From contig CAWCYI010000004.1 in assembly GCA_963799845.1 (NCBI GenBank), positions 64,001 through 128,000 on the forward strand: a stretch of 64,000 bases of DNA. The letters run 5' to 3'. This DNA comes from an uncultured Nitrososphaerota archaeon (lineage in GTDB: Archaea; Thermoproteota; Nitrososphaeria; Nitrososphaerales; CADDZS01). Below the pieces are notes generated by a model. The model was not told where the DNA came from and made no database searches. It saw only the letters and a program-made list of their open reading frames with translations. A program made the position numbers and the translations under genes. Shown piece after piece: positions 52,334 through 62,423 of the stretch (its first letter is position 1; each line of letters starts with the position of its first letter).

Positions 52334-52383
52334 GATATATTGTAAGCGAACTTTGTCAGAATTGAATAAAGGGAAGGGCGAAT

Positions 52384-53695
52384 TTGCTTTTCACTCGTTT
52401 CTACTCAAGAATTCAATCCGGAAGCATACGAACAGCCACCTCGTTAATTCTGCTCGCGATGCTGCTGGGTGTTACTTTCATCGGATTTCTGCCACTGTTG
52501 GGACAATACGTATCTGCAGATTCGAGCGTAGTACAAAATCAAGTCAGTGGCTCGGCATGCAGCCTTGGATCCTCCTGTGAAGTCAATCTCGACTTCCCAT
52601 CCTCTGTCATTTCGGGCAATGTGGTAGTTGTAGCCGCATTTGATCAAGACAGTACCTCTCTTACCATAGCTGATTCACTTTCATCATCATACTCTGCTAT
52701 GGCATCCACGACTGATAGTTCGGGATATGTAATCTACATTTTCGCAGCCACTCTCACCTCTAGTGGTAAAGACACCGTAACTCTCACTGATTCCTCGGGA
52801 AATAGTATCGGGATTTACGCTGAATTCCTTGAAATCGCGGGAGTCACGACTGCTCTTTCTCAAACTGCACAGGGTTCGGACTTGTGCCCGTCATTTCCAT
52901 GCAATACTTCCGCTTTGACCAGTGATTCCTTCGCCCCCGGTGCTTTCTTACTTTCCGAAACTGTCGTTCATTTTGCCGGGGCGACATTCTTGTCTGGAAG
53001 CGGATTTACTGCGGAAACGATACTCTCGAGTGAAGGATACTCGCAATATGCAACCACGGGCGTGTCATCGCCAACTTACTTCCCTGCAACACTATCGTCT
53101 TCGACTTCATCCTTCGGACGGTGGGCAGAGGTAGCTGTCAGCTCTCCAACCGATATCAACGACTACTACGACCACGGATCCAACTAGCACCACTTCTGCA
53201 ACCAGCGTCAGCACAAGTGCAACTACAAGTACCAGCTTGAGTACTTCTACAACCACCATCTCGACAAGTTCTACGAGTACTGTCAGCCTCAGCACGAGCG
53301 CGACAAAAAGCACAAGCTGGACCACTACAGGTACTATCACCAGTGTAAGTACGAGAACTACAACACAGACTTCTACTATCTCCGTTTTACCCACGAGCAC
53401 TTATGTTCATTGCGTTCCAAGAAAGGCGACGGCAGGAAAATCAGTTGATTGTACAGCTAAAGTGAGGTCGTCTACCACTCCAAGCGGAACTGTTTCTTTC
53501 AGCTACACGGAGGGCTCGGTTACCGTGACTAGCTCTGCCATTTGTAAACCGACAGCGTCATCTTCAACGACCTGTTCTGCATCGTTCAGCTTCAAGTTTC
53601 CTCATGCTGGAGATGCGATTGTCATCGCATCCTACCTTGGCGATTCGATCCACCAGCCCAGCCAGGGCGCGACGCTCGTCCACGTGAAAAAGTGA
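52384..53695 (+). CDS. Secreted/surface protein: N-terminal TM/signal, beta-rich domain, Ser/Thr linker, Ig-like C-terminal domain; frameshift at ~53139
   Basis: Removing one base at GTCAGCT gives VAVALQPISTTTTT..., joining 52384-53187 to 53237-53695 (PSGTVSF, ASYLGDSIHQPS). Confidence 0.75.
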
Positions 53696-53800
53696 TATCA
53701 AGATGAAGTATAGAGCGGAATTTTTTGCCGCAATTAACCATCCGCCACATTCGTGATAGATCCCAGAGTCCTTTTTCGTGAAGTGACTACGTGGTCATTA

Positions 53801-54781
53801 TCATTTTTTATTCAGCACTTCAGGATTTACAGGTGCTGGCCCCAGTTCGCCCTTCAAACCTGCGATCAAGTTTTCTGCGGCAATTATGCCCATCCTTGTT
53901 CGGGTTACCACAGAGGCGCTGGCGATGTGGGGTACGATTATCGCGTTGTCTAACTTCAGTAGCGGATGATCCGGAGGCAGGGGTTCGGGCTCTGTCACAT
54001 CCAGCCCGGCATATAGGATCTTGCCGTCCCGAAGCGCGTCGTACAATGCAATGTTGTCAACCAGCGGACCTCTTGCGGTGTTAACTAGAATAGCTGTTTT
54101 TTTCATCTTGTCTAACTCTTTCGCTCCAATCAGATGATGCGTCTGGGGAGTGAGGTTCGCGTGCATCGTAATGAAATCTGATTCGGCGAGAACCCTATCG
54201 AATTCTGCGTATTCTATTCCCAATTCTTGCTCGTACTGTTTCTGCCGAACTACATCATAATACAGGATTTTCATATTGAATCCCTTTGCGCGGCGCGCCA
54301 CCGCTGCCCCAATTCGTCCCAGACCAATGATTCCCAGCGTTGAGTTGTGTACATCTTGTCCTGTCAGTAGCATTGGCCCCCAAGTCTTCCATTTTCCGGC
54401 GCGAACGAAGCGGTCACCTTCCGCAACTCTCCGCGCCGCTGACATGATTAACGTGAAAGCAAAGTCGGCGGTGGTGTCAGTTAGGACACCGGGAGTATTC
54501 CCGACGATTATTCCCCGGTTTGTGGCCCCCACGATGTCAATGTTATCAAAACCAACAGCATAATTGCTCACAACCTTCAGCTTGGGCGCCTTATCCATCA
54601 GCTCCGCATCGACCTTGTCAGTCAAAAGAGAAAGCAGACCCTCGACATCCGAGACATTCTTGAGAAGAACATCGCGAGACGGAGGAAGTTCGCCCTTCCA
54701 AACCTCAGCCTCACAGTTCAAATTGATTCGATCCATGGCTTCTTTCGGAAGGATGCGAGTAACATAGACTTTGGGCTTCAA
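53801..54781 (-). CDS. D-2-hydroxyacid dehydrogenase (glyoxylate reductase/D-glycerate dehydrogenase)
   Basis: AVGFDNID, GLGRIG, NTARG, GLDVTEPEP, PHIASA. Confidence 0.93.
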   Translation of the reverse strand: MKPKVYVTRILPKEAMDRINLNCEAEVWKGELPPSRDVLLKNVSDVEGLLSLLTDKVDAELMDKAPKLKVVSNYAVGFDNIDIVGATNRGIIVGNTPGVLTDTTADFAFTLIMSAARRVAEGDRFVRAGKWKTWGPMLLTGQDVHNSTLGIIGLGRIGAAVARRAKGFNMKILYYDVVRQKQYEQELGIEYAEFDRVLAESDFITMHANLTPQTHHLIGAKELDKMKKTAILVNTARGPLVDNIALYDALRDGKILYAGLDVTEPEPLPPDHPLLKLDNAIIVPHIASASVVTRTRMGIIAAENLIAGLKGELGPAPVNPEVLNKK

Positions 54782-55000
54782 GCAATTCTCCGAACTTTCC
54801 TCAAATGTGCAAATCTAAAAAACTGAACGCATATGTCTGTATTACAATCAATCTTCGCAGGCGTATAGTGAGAGTTGTAATAAAGTACAAGATCGATCCC
54901 AAGCTGGCCGCATCAGCGATTTGGAAATGTTGGAGTCGCAGAACGTTCCGCAAAGAAAGACTAAATCGAGAGCTTTGTATCCTGATGGCGGGCTGGCATT

Positions 55001-55675
55001 TTGTCTAGAAGTCGCGCGTTGGCGATGGTTTTTGAACCGCGACTGAAGCGAGTTTTCCTCGTTGTGCTCTTCTTCCTCTCTTACTTGATCCTGTATCTCG
55101 TGCTCGTTTCCTACGCCCTCGGAAGGAGCAGTGCGTTGAGAAACCTATCGAGCAGATTCATCCCGGTCTTTAGGAACTTTGTGCCTGGCTTCAGCTATGT
55201 TGGTTTTGGGCTGCCGCTCGCGGTTGCTTTGTCCGCCACGGCTGTGCTCCTTTGGAATTCACGGTTGTCGCGGTCGAGCATCGTTGCTGATGTCGCGTCA
55301 AAGAAGTTCTGGCTGCTCGCTGCCCTTCTGTCTATAGGAGTCCGGTATCTGATCCCCGGATTTGCGTCCGGCGGTCATACGGATTTCCCATTCGCGATTC
55401 TCACGTGCGCGTACGTCGGATGGTATCTGGACAGAGGAAACCCGCGGAAGCGCATTATCCTGTCGATCGTTCTGGGTTTCGGGATTGGCATTATCAGCGA
55501 CCTCCAGTCCCAGACTTATTTTGTCGGAATATTTGGCGGATGGGGACTTGTGGATGGAGATTTGCTGGGCACGATAGCCCTTCCTCTTGCTACCGTGACT
55601 ACTTTGGTTGTACTGGGCATATTTCCGCGAAGAACAGAAAGAAAGTTCGGGCGGGCGCCGATTGCTCAAAGCTGA
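55001..55675 (+). CDS. Hypothetical multi-pass membrane protein
   Basis: About 6 hydrophobic segments; GGWGLVDGD. Confidence 0.6.
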   Translation: MSRSRALAMVFEPRLKRVFLVVLFFLSYLILYLVLVSYALGRSSALRNLSSRFIPVFRNFVPGFSYVGFGLPLAVALSATAVLLWNSRLSRSSIVADVASKKFWLLAALLSIGVRYLIPGFASGGHTDFPFAILTCAYVGWYLDRGNPRKRIILSIVLGFGIGIISDLQSQTYFVGIFGGWGLVDGDLLGTIALPLATVTTLVVLGIFPRRTERKFGRAPIAQS

Positions 55676-55817
55676 ATTTTTCCCCTTCAATTTTTCTCAA
55701 AATCAGAATTTCTGATAAAGCAGGTGCCAAACACCGGCCGCATCCTCGAATGTCTCACTCGTTTTTTTCGCGACATAGTACACTTATTTCTTAAACAAAA
55801 AGAAAACATTCGGTAGT

Positions 55818-56438
55818 ATGATTGACAAGGATCAAGGCGGCTTTACATCTGAAGAGCTCCGAAGTCTCCGTCGCCTCAAAGATCCCTATGGTATCCAACG
55901 ATTTCTTTATGATTTGCCCTATCATCTGGCGAACACTGCTTGGTCGCCGAGGCTCGTTCTGCGCGAGAAAACGGCTCACTGCCTCGAAGGGGCGATCTTT
56001 GCAGCCGCAGCACTTCGAGCTAACGGTTATCCACCGCTAATTATTGATTTTGAAGCAACGCGGGATACAGATCACGTGCTGGCCGTCTATAAGACCGACG
56101 GTTGTTGGGGGGCTATCGCAAAGTCGAATTTTACGGGGCTCCGGTACCGCGAACCTGTCTACCGGTCACTACGTGAACTTGCCCTAAGCTACTTTGAGGA
56201 TTATTTCAATCTGCTAGGCGAGAGAACGCTTCGCAGATATTCAGGGCCAATAAACCTCAAGCGCTTCGACCTCTTGCACTGGATGACAACAGAAAAACCA
56301 GTCTGGTTCATACCAGAATATCTGACAAAAATTCATCATTTTCCTCTTATTTCAGAGTCTCAGATCAAACGCCTCCATAGAGTTGATGAGCGTTCGCTCC
56401 GAGCCGGACTTGTGGGGTACTCGGCAAAAAATGATTAG
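55818..56438 (+). CDS. Conserved hypothetical protein, transglutaminase/papain-like Cys-His motifs
   Basis: AHCLEGAIFAAAAL, DHVLAVY, WGAIAKSN, REPVYRSLREL. Confidence 0.75.
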   Translation: MIDKDQGGFTSEELRSLRRLKDPYGIQRFLYDLPYHLANTAWSPRLVLREKTAHCLEGAIFAAAALRANGYPPLIIDFEATRDTDHVLAVYKTDGCWGAIAKSNFTGLRYREPVYRSLRELALSYFEDYFNLLGERTLRRYSGPINLKRFDLLHWMTTEKPVWFIPEYLTKIHHFPLISESQIKRLHRVDERSLRAGLVGYSAKND

Positions 56439-56518
56439 GCTTCATGGAACGAGGCCAAATATGATCAGTCCGAACGATCTTTCATTTCCAGATTACTGAC
56501 GCTTCGGTAGTTCGCTTT

Positions 56519-58240
56519 GTGAAGCAGGGGGATAATGAAAATTCGTATATACTGATCAATTTTTCTCCGAAGGTCGCCCTACAGACAATGTTAGTAAAAT
56601 TAAGCTCGTCTTCTTCTTTCTCCGGAAATGTGACGATTGCGTCATGGCGGAATGCGAAACTGTTTCTCGTAGCGATGGTTCTCCTGTTTTCAGGTCTGGT
56701 TTCTCTAACACTTTCGGTCAGCGCCTCGAACGGTCACTCAACTGCCGCGGTCGACGCTCCTTGGGCGTATCAAAATCAGAATCAGCAGAACACTGGCTAC
56801 AGTCCCCAGACTGAAATCACTTCTTCCAACGTCGGAGAACTTTCGATGGTCTGGTCGACTGCTATAGGAGGTTTGAGCGGAACTCCCGTTGTTGTAAATG
56901 GCATAGTCTACGTGACGGGATCGAACTCAATCTGGGCTGTCAACGAGATGACCGGAAAAATCATCTGGGTGGACGGCCCGAAGACAGGCCTTGCAAAGTA
57001 CAAATTCATGACGAGAGCTGGCGTCACCGTTGATAGCGGCGATTTATTTGCTGCGACGACGACAAACTTGCTTCTATCCCTTAACGCTGCCACAGGCGCG
57101 TTGAAGTGGAAGGCATCAGTCTCGAAGGGAGTTGTGGGAAATCTCGTTGCCTACAAGGGAACGCAGGAGACACCGCTCGTATACGATGGGCGCGTAATTG
57201 TCGGAGAGAATTCAGGTGATGCGGGATCACGCGGGATCGTTCGCGCTTTCAACGAGGCAAACGGCAAGTTATTGTGGACGTTCTACACTGTGCCACCGGG
57301 GCCGATAACATCGTCAAACCAAGCGGGTTATCAAAACTCGGGTGGCACAAACTCGTGGGGAACCAACGGGACTTCTGGGTGCATGTGTGCAGGAGGAGCG
57401 GTCTGGAACGTACCCGCCGTCGATCCAAAAACCGGCATGATTTACTTTGGCACCGGTAATCCTTCCCCGGATTCCAGCAGCAGCGACACCGCGAGAACCC
57501 CGGTTTATCCCAGCGCTGTTTACAACAATCTGTACACGGACAGTATCATCGCGCTGAACTCCGCAACCGGGAAGCTTGTCTGGTATTTCCAAGAGGTTCC
57601 CGGCGATCAGCGTGACTACGATCAAGGAATGCCGATTCAACTTTTCAACACGACAATTAATGGCCTTCAAACAGAAGTCGCGGGTGCGGGTGGGAAAATA
57701 GGATACTACTTTGTAGTAAACGCGCACACTGGCGCTTTCATCTACAAAGTAAAGCTAGGTATACACATGAACGACAATTCTACCGAGGGAGCTTACCCGT
57801 CGTCGGAAATCATTCCTGGCACGGATGGAGGAGTGGATAGCTTTTCGTCGTACAATCCTCTGAGCAATATGATCTATGTGATGGCCTTCAACGAGCCTTC
57901 CGACTGCAACATCGGAACGACGTGCCCAGTCCCTCGAAATTCAACGCTTTATGGCATCGACGCATCTAACGGTGCGGTAACTTGGACCATGAATATGTTA
58001 GGCATGGGTGGTGGAGCATCCAGTACAAATGATCTCGTGTTTACTGCGGACGGTAATCACAACTTTTATGCACTGAATGCGCTAACCGGCGCGATTCTTT
58101 GGACTCACAGTGATCCGAGCGGTGGAACCGCCGGAGTTGTCTATTGGTCGTGGGGGCCACCGTCCATCACAAATGGGATGGTGTTTGAAACGACGATGGG
58201 TACCTCCACCACTGGATTCCTCGAAGCATACGCCACCTAA
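56519..58240 (+). CDS. Secreted PQQ-dependent dehydrogenase-like beta-propeller
   Basis: Repeated A.D/N..TG...W docking motifs, TPVVVNGIVY, GGAVW, YFGTGNPSP, WYFQ..DYD; start probably downstream (~56588). Confidence 0.88.
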   Translation: MKQGDNENSYILINFSPKVALQTMLVKLSSSSSFSGNVTIASWRNAKLFLVAMVLLFSGLVSLTLSVSASNGHSTAAVDAPWAYQNQNQQNTGYSPQTEITSSNVGELSMVWSTAIGGLSGTPVVVNGIVYVTGSNSIWAVNEMTGKIIWVDGPKTGLAKYKFMTRAGVTVDSGDLFAATTTNLLLSLNAATGALKWKASVSKGVVGNLVAYKGTQETPLVYDGRVIVGENSGDAGSRGIVRAFNEANGKLLWTFYTVPPGPITSSNQAGYQNSGGTNSWGTNGTSGCMCAGGAVWNVPAVDPKTGMIYFGTGNPSPDSSSSDTARTPVYPSAVYNNLYTDSIIALNSATGKLVWYFQEVPGDQRDYDQGMPIQLFNTTINGLQTEVAGAGGKIGYYFVVNAHTGAFIYKVKLGIHMNDNSTEGAYPSSEIIPGTDGGVDSFSSYNPLSNMIYVMAFNEPSDCNIGTTCPVPRNSTLYGIDASNGAVTWTMNMLGMGGGASSTNDLVFTADGNHNFYALNALTGAILWTHSDPSGGTAGVVYWSWGPPSITNGMVFETTMGTSTTGFLEAYAT

Positions 58241-58395
58241 GAATAAGATATGCGACCGTTATTCCTCTCTTCGGTTTAAGCTATCGTCAGGGATAAAAAA
58301 GGAAGAATTAGTTTATGGAAAAACAGCTATTCGCAAAGAATGTTCCAAAAATGACCTAGAAAAATTTGCACAGTTCTCTTTTGCCTAAGAGGTAC

Positions 58396-59610
58396 TTAGG
58401 GAACTTGTTTAGTTAGCGTTTGCTTAGCCCGCGCGCTCGAGTATAACGCCAAGATCAACACCGTAAAAAAAGCATATGGCAATGTTACCGTGAGGAGGAG
58501 AGGTCCAGCGGTGACTGTTTTTCCAAATAGGCCAGCAGCGATGACGGGACCAAGGACAGCTCCAACAAACGCAACGGTCTGAACAAAACTGACTGCACTG
58601 CCCCGGCTGTATTCGGGGACGTTCACTTGCGCAACTGCTGATAAGATTCCCCAGAATGAATTCATAAAAAATCCGACGACGAACATTAGTAAAATTGCCG
58701 CTTCGAGATTTGTCACAGAATAAAGTGCAATTGTCAAGAGGGTCGTCGCTGCTCCACCAATAATAGCGGTGATCTTCCCCCCGATCTTGTCATAGAGCAA
58801 CCCCAGAGTTATGATCCCGAGACCTCCGATCCCGACAGCCACGCCGAAGAAAAAATCGATTGGGACAAGCGCGGCTTGGTTCAGGCTGAATCTATCTCCA
58901 AAATATTGAACAGTGTAAGTGATGTAAGCGAGGAAGCCAAAATCGGCTAGCAGCATCGAAATTGCCACGACGATAATATTCCTGTTAGAAATCAAGTTCC
59001 TGAACTCCCGGGAGAAAGTCACAGAAGTGTCTCTAATCGGTGTCCTGAATTCCGATAGACTCGATTGAAAGATGATTGTAAAAATGATCCCGATCAATCC
59101 CATCGCGAAAAAAGGATACTGCCAGCCCAGATAATTCAGAAGAACTCCGGAGAGCGTAGGCCCGATGAAACCGCCAAGGTTGTAAGAGGAGCTGACAAAA
59201 CCTATCGCGGTTCCCTTCCGCTTCGGAAACATCGCAGCCGCGATCGAGTATGTCGGAGTGGTCATCAGCCCGCCGCCTAGTCCGCTGAACACGAAAAGAG
59301 GAGCAAACAAGGCAAAGTTCCTGATCAGGGCGCTCGCACCGAGCGGAATGGAGAAAATTATCAAGCCCAGAAATACGGTCTTCTGTTCACCCAACTTTGA
59401 GACGAGATACCCGGCTAGACCTGTCCCTATCCCGACAAATGCAGTCGAGGCAGAGACAAGGGTACCGCTGGCGGCTACTGAGATCGAAAAAGTATTCTGA
59501 ATGCTAGGGAGCAGAGGCCCTACTGAGAATCGGAAAAGAGAGTAGACGAGGATCGGAAGAAGAACCGCAATAAAGCGAATTGGATTTCTTTTTCGCTCTA
59601 CAACGGCCAA
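58396..59610 (-). CDS. MFS transporter
   Basis: About 12 TM helices, GYLVSKLG and YDKIGGK motif-A-like loops, RGSAVS. Confidence 0.9.
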   Translation of the reverse strand: MAVVERKRNPIRFIAVLLPILVYSLFRFSVGPLLPSIQNTFSISVAASGTLVSASTAFVGIGTGLAGYLVSKLGEQKTVFLGLIIFSIPLGASALIRNFALFAPLFVFSGLGGGLMTTPTYSIAAAMFPKRKGTAIGFVSSSYNLGGFIGPTLSGVLLNYLGWQYPFFAMGLIGIIFTIIFQSSLSEFRTPIRDTSVTFSREFRNLISNRNIIVVAISMLLADFGFLAYITYTVQYFGDRFSLNQAALVPIDFFFGVAVGIGGLGIITLGLLYDKIGGKITAIIGGAATTLLTIALYSVTNLEAAILLMFVVGFFMNSFWGILSAVAQVNVPEYSRGSAVSFVQTVAFVGAVLGPVIAAGLFGKTVTAGPLLLTVTLPYAFFTVLILALYSSARAKQTLTKQVP

Positions 59611-59838
59611 AGAGACACAACTAGATCCGAAGAAGCTTACTTAGATTCGGCTTTCAAGTGGCTGACGAAATTTAAGCCTTGTTGCGCTTCGATAAAACCA
59701 CGAAAGGGGAACATCCATGCTACGAAGAATCCAAAAACAAGCTCAGCGATCAGATTAGACCTCTTGCCCTATCGATGGAAAATCCTGTCCGGGCATATGT
59801 TTTTTTCTCAACTGGCTCACAGCCGCATCTTTTAGTAT

Positions 59839-60186
59839 ATGAGATTGGAAGATCAGATAGTGTCATTCGCTGACGATAAAGGCTTCAACGGCAAGATCTC
59901 CGAATGTATCGAGAAAGCCCTCGATTCTCTCGGTGAAGGTGTGAAGCAATCATTTTTTCACCAAATCATCGAGAAATATCATCTGCCAAGAGAACAGTTT
60001 GCAAGTAGACCTGCTGAGATTATCGAGCATCTTGAGGAAATTCTCGGGCCGACGGGGTCGGCGGTAGTAGAGCGGCTGATCGTGAGAGAAATCCGAAATA
60101 AATTTGGTCTCGAATTCAGGGGCAACATGAAATTGTCTGTGGTTATCCAAGAGGCTCGAAGTAAATTTCTGGATGTTGCGGATTAG
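59839..60186 (+). CDS. Hypothetical small helical protein
   Basis: ALDSLGEGVKQ..LEEILG..AVVERLIV pattern resembling small archaeal signalling-associated domains; family not confirmed. Confidence 0.6.
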   Translation: MRLEDQIVSFADDKGFNGKISECIEKALDSLGEGVKQSFFHQIIEKYHLPREQFASRPAEIIEHLEEILGPTGSAVVERLIVREIRNKFGLEFRGNMKLSVVIQEARSKFLDVAD

Positions 60187-60298
60187 AGGATTCTTTTCCT
60201 GGATTTTTCCATATTCATCTTGATAACGTCCGAAGGCAATCATGTAAATCTGGGCGAAGCTCATTCTTCCCAGTCATTTCAGGAGAAAAAATTCAATC

Positions 60299-60665
60299 CT
60301 ATTCTCTCTGATAATTCTGAGTCGGAATGCTAGATTCGATATCCCGGGAAGAATCTTTGTTATCAAGTCGCCATACATTATGTTGAGCCCTGAATCCCAG
60401 GATCAGAAATACTATTCCAATAAAGCGGAATATCGCTCCAATGTCGAGTAGGAGAGACCCAAACGCAGGGGATGCTATCCCTGCTGCTAGAAATGGAATC
60501 TGAGCTGAGTACTAGGATGACCGCACCCTCGGTTACTTTTTTCCAGCCTTTCTCCAGAATTCCTTTTCTAAAAGTTGCGAGCAGTTGTACAGTATAGAAT
60601 CCGAAGATCGAGAGCACAACGACACCTAAAATTTCGATTGATAGTTGGACGTAATCAATAGTCAA
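60299..60665 (-). CDS. Small membrane protein (~121 aa), frameshift at ~60507
   Basis: Removing one base at CTCAGCT (minus strand) gives ILVLAQIPFLAAG...IGIVFLILGFRAQHNVW, ending TAG at 60299. Confidence 0.65.
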
Positions 60666-61090
60666 TTTGCGAATCGAATACCTTCCTCAACAGGTCAGCA
60701 TTCCTGTTTCTCCACTTATTCTGATAGGAGCACCGATCTGGATTTCTGCTAGAACCAGATGCGAGGATGGTTTGAAGATTTGGCTCTATCATCGAAAACT
60801 CGTGAAAGGAAGATACCTGTAGCTCGGCCGAGAAGTCGGAGTAATTTCAGATTCCGTGGTCACTTACACCCAGTCCGCGGCGATCACGTCATGTTCGACT
60901 CGACATGGTGATTAGAGCCAATCGAAAACGCGATGCAAGGCCCAAAGCAAAGAGAAAACTAAGCGTTTTACGAAACCGAGAGAGTTTACGAGGATTTATT
61001 GTTAATCGTTCTTTATATTTGAGTTCCCATTGATTCATTAAGAAAAAAATTTTCTGCGTTTCTGCGCACGTGAGCACTTCTTGGCCGAAG

Positions 61091-61176
61091 AGCTACGTTC
61101 AAAGCTCTGTTAGCTCAGAAGAGCTTGAAACGAGCTGAACGGAGCTCAGAGAGCTCGAAACGCATTGAACGAAGCT
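61091..61176. repeat. Cluster of 8 AGCT sites with ~10-bp spacing, containing a 30/31-bp imperfect tandem duplication
   Basis: AGCT at 61091, 61103, 61112, 61122, 61133, 61143, 61152, 61173; repeat units 61112-61142 and 61143-61172. Confidence 0.8.
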
Positions 61177-61356
61177 TTAAAATTTCGCATATTTTCTTGC
61201 GGGTCGAAACCGCGCCCGGCTAACGAATCTAAAATACTGTCAAACCTTCGTGACATAAATTATCGTAGGAGATAAGAAAGATTAAACTCAAAGACGTTTG
61301 ATAAAGAACAGGCTGAACAGCCTGCAAAATGTAAAGGAGAATGATTTGATTTGAAA

Positions 61357-61524
61357 CTAAACGTTGATCCAGTTCTGACCGGGCTTTCTCTTCTCCTCGT
61401 ATCTTTTTATGAAAGTCCTTCTGTTGCGTGACTTTGGAATAGGGCCCACTCTGACTCTTCCCTGAATCTTCGGAGTCTGAGACCTAACCTTACCAGCTTT
61501 AGTCAGCGAACCGTGAGTTGGCAA
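61357..61524 (-). CDS. rps30e: 30S ribosomal protein S30e (55 aa, TTG start; below ORF-track cutoff)
   Basis: MPTHGSLTKAGKVRSQTPKIQG...PKSRNRR. Confidence 0.95.
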   Translation of the reverse strand: MPTHGSLTKAGKVRSQTPKIQGRVRVGPIPKSRNRRTFIKRYEEKRKPGQNWINV

Positions 61525-61598
61525 CTAGATTTACCTAAAGATGCAACTATGCAACATCGGCTATAAGCGTTATCTTTCTCACAGGGATTGCACATCCA

Positions 61599-62423
61599 TC
61601 ACGATTTTGGAACCAGAGCTCCGGTCTTGTCTCTCTCGTATTTTCCAAACTCGTTTGAGATTCTGGAAAGCAGAGCGATGTCTAACACTGGACCGTCCCG
61701 ACAGAGTACAAGATCTTGAATGCAACAGCTCCCGCAGATTGCAATCCCGCACTTCATTATTCTTTCAAGACTGAATTGAACAGGAATCGAATTATCCTTC
61801 GCAATCTGGTAAATCTGAAACATCATTCTTTCAGGACCGCAGGCGTATATCATATCAAAATCAAATCTTTCCACCAGCTCCTGTACCTTTTCATGGGCGA
61901 AGCCTCTGAAACCAAGAGAGCCGTCGTCGGTAGACGGGTAAACATTCTCAGAGCCAAGCAAACGTTTCATCAGCTGCAAGAACGGAAGTTCTTCCCGGGT
62001 CCTTGCACCGATGACTACTCTCGCATCCAGCGACTTAGTATCGGCAATCTGGCTTGCAAGTTTCATGACAGACGCAATTCCTGTTCCTCCCCCGACAAGG
62101 AGAGCTCTCCGTGTTTTCTTCGGTACCGAAAAGGCGGTTCCATATGGCCCTCGCACACCAATTAGATCTCCCTTCTTGACGTTGTACAACTCTCGCGATC
62201 CAGATCCCATCGCTTTGACGACGATGCTCGATCTATTTCCATAAGTGAGGGAAAGGCTCATGGGAAATTCTCCAACCCCTGGCAACCAGATCATAGCAAA
62301 CTGTCCCGGAGCTGACGAAAGAGAGAACTTGTCTTCAAAGACTAACGTGCGGATGTTGCTCGAATTCTGAACGGTTCTCTCGATCTTTGTTACTCTTACA
62401 GAATCAATTGTGCGCATCGCCAA
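61599..62423 (-). CDS. pyrK: Dihydroorotate dehydrogenase electron-transfer subunit
   Basis: PGQFAMIW, RGPYG, GGGTG, ACGPERM, MKCGIAICGSC..CRDGPV. Confidence 0.93.
   Translation of the reverse strand: MAMRTIDSVRVTKIERTVQNSSNIRTLVFEDKFSLSSAPGQFAMIWLPGVGEFPMSLSLTYGNRSSIVVKAMGSGSRELYNVKKGDLIGVRGPYGTAFSVPKKTRRALLVGGGTGIASVMKLASQIADTKSLDARVVIGARTREELPFLQLMKRLLGSENVYPSTDDGSLGFRGFAHEKVQELVERFDFDMIYACGPERMMFQIYQIAKDNSIPVQFSLERIMKCGIAICGSCCIQDLVLCRDGPVLDIALLSRISNEFGKYERDKTGALVPKS

Noticed and set aside
53150-53400. Low-complexity ACN/AGY repeats
   Set aside because: Explained by the Ser/Thr-rich linker of the surface protein
61112-61176. CRISPR mini-array
   Set aside because: Adjacent degenerate tandem units without unique spacers; no cas genes in the window
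61199-61220. T-arm-like GCGGGTCGAAACCGC as a tRNA remnant/att site
   Set aside because: No acceptor, D or anticodon arms and no match to the tRNA-Gly 3' end
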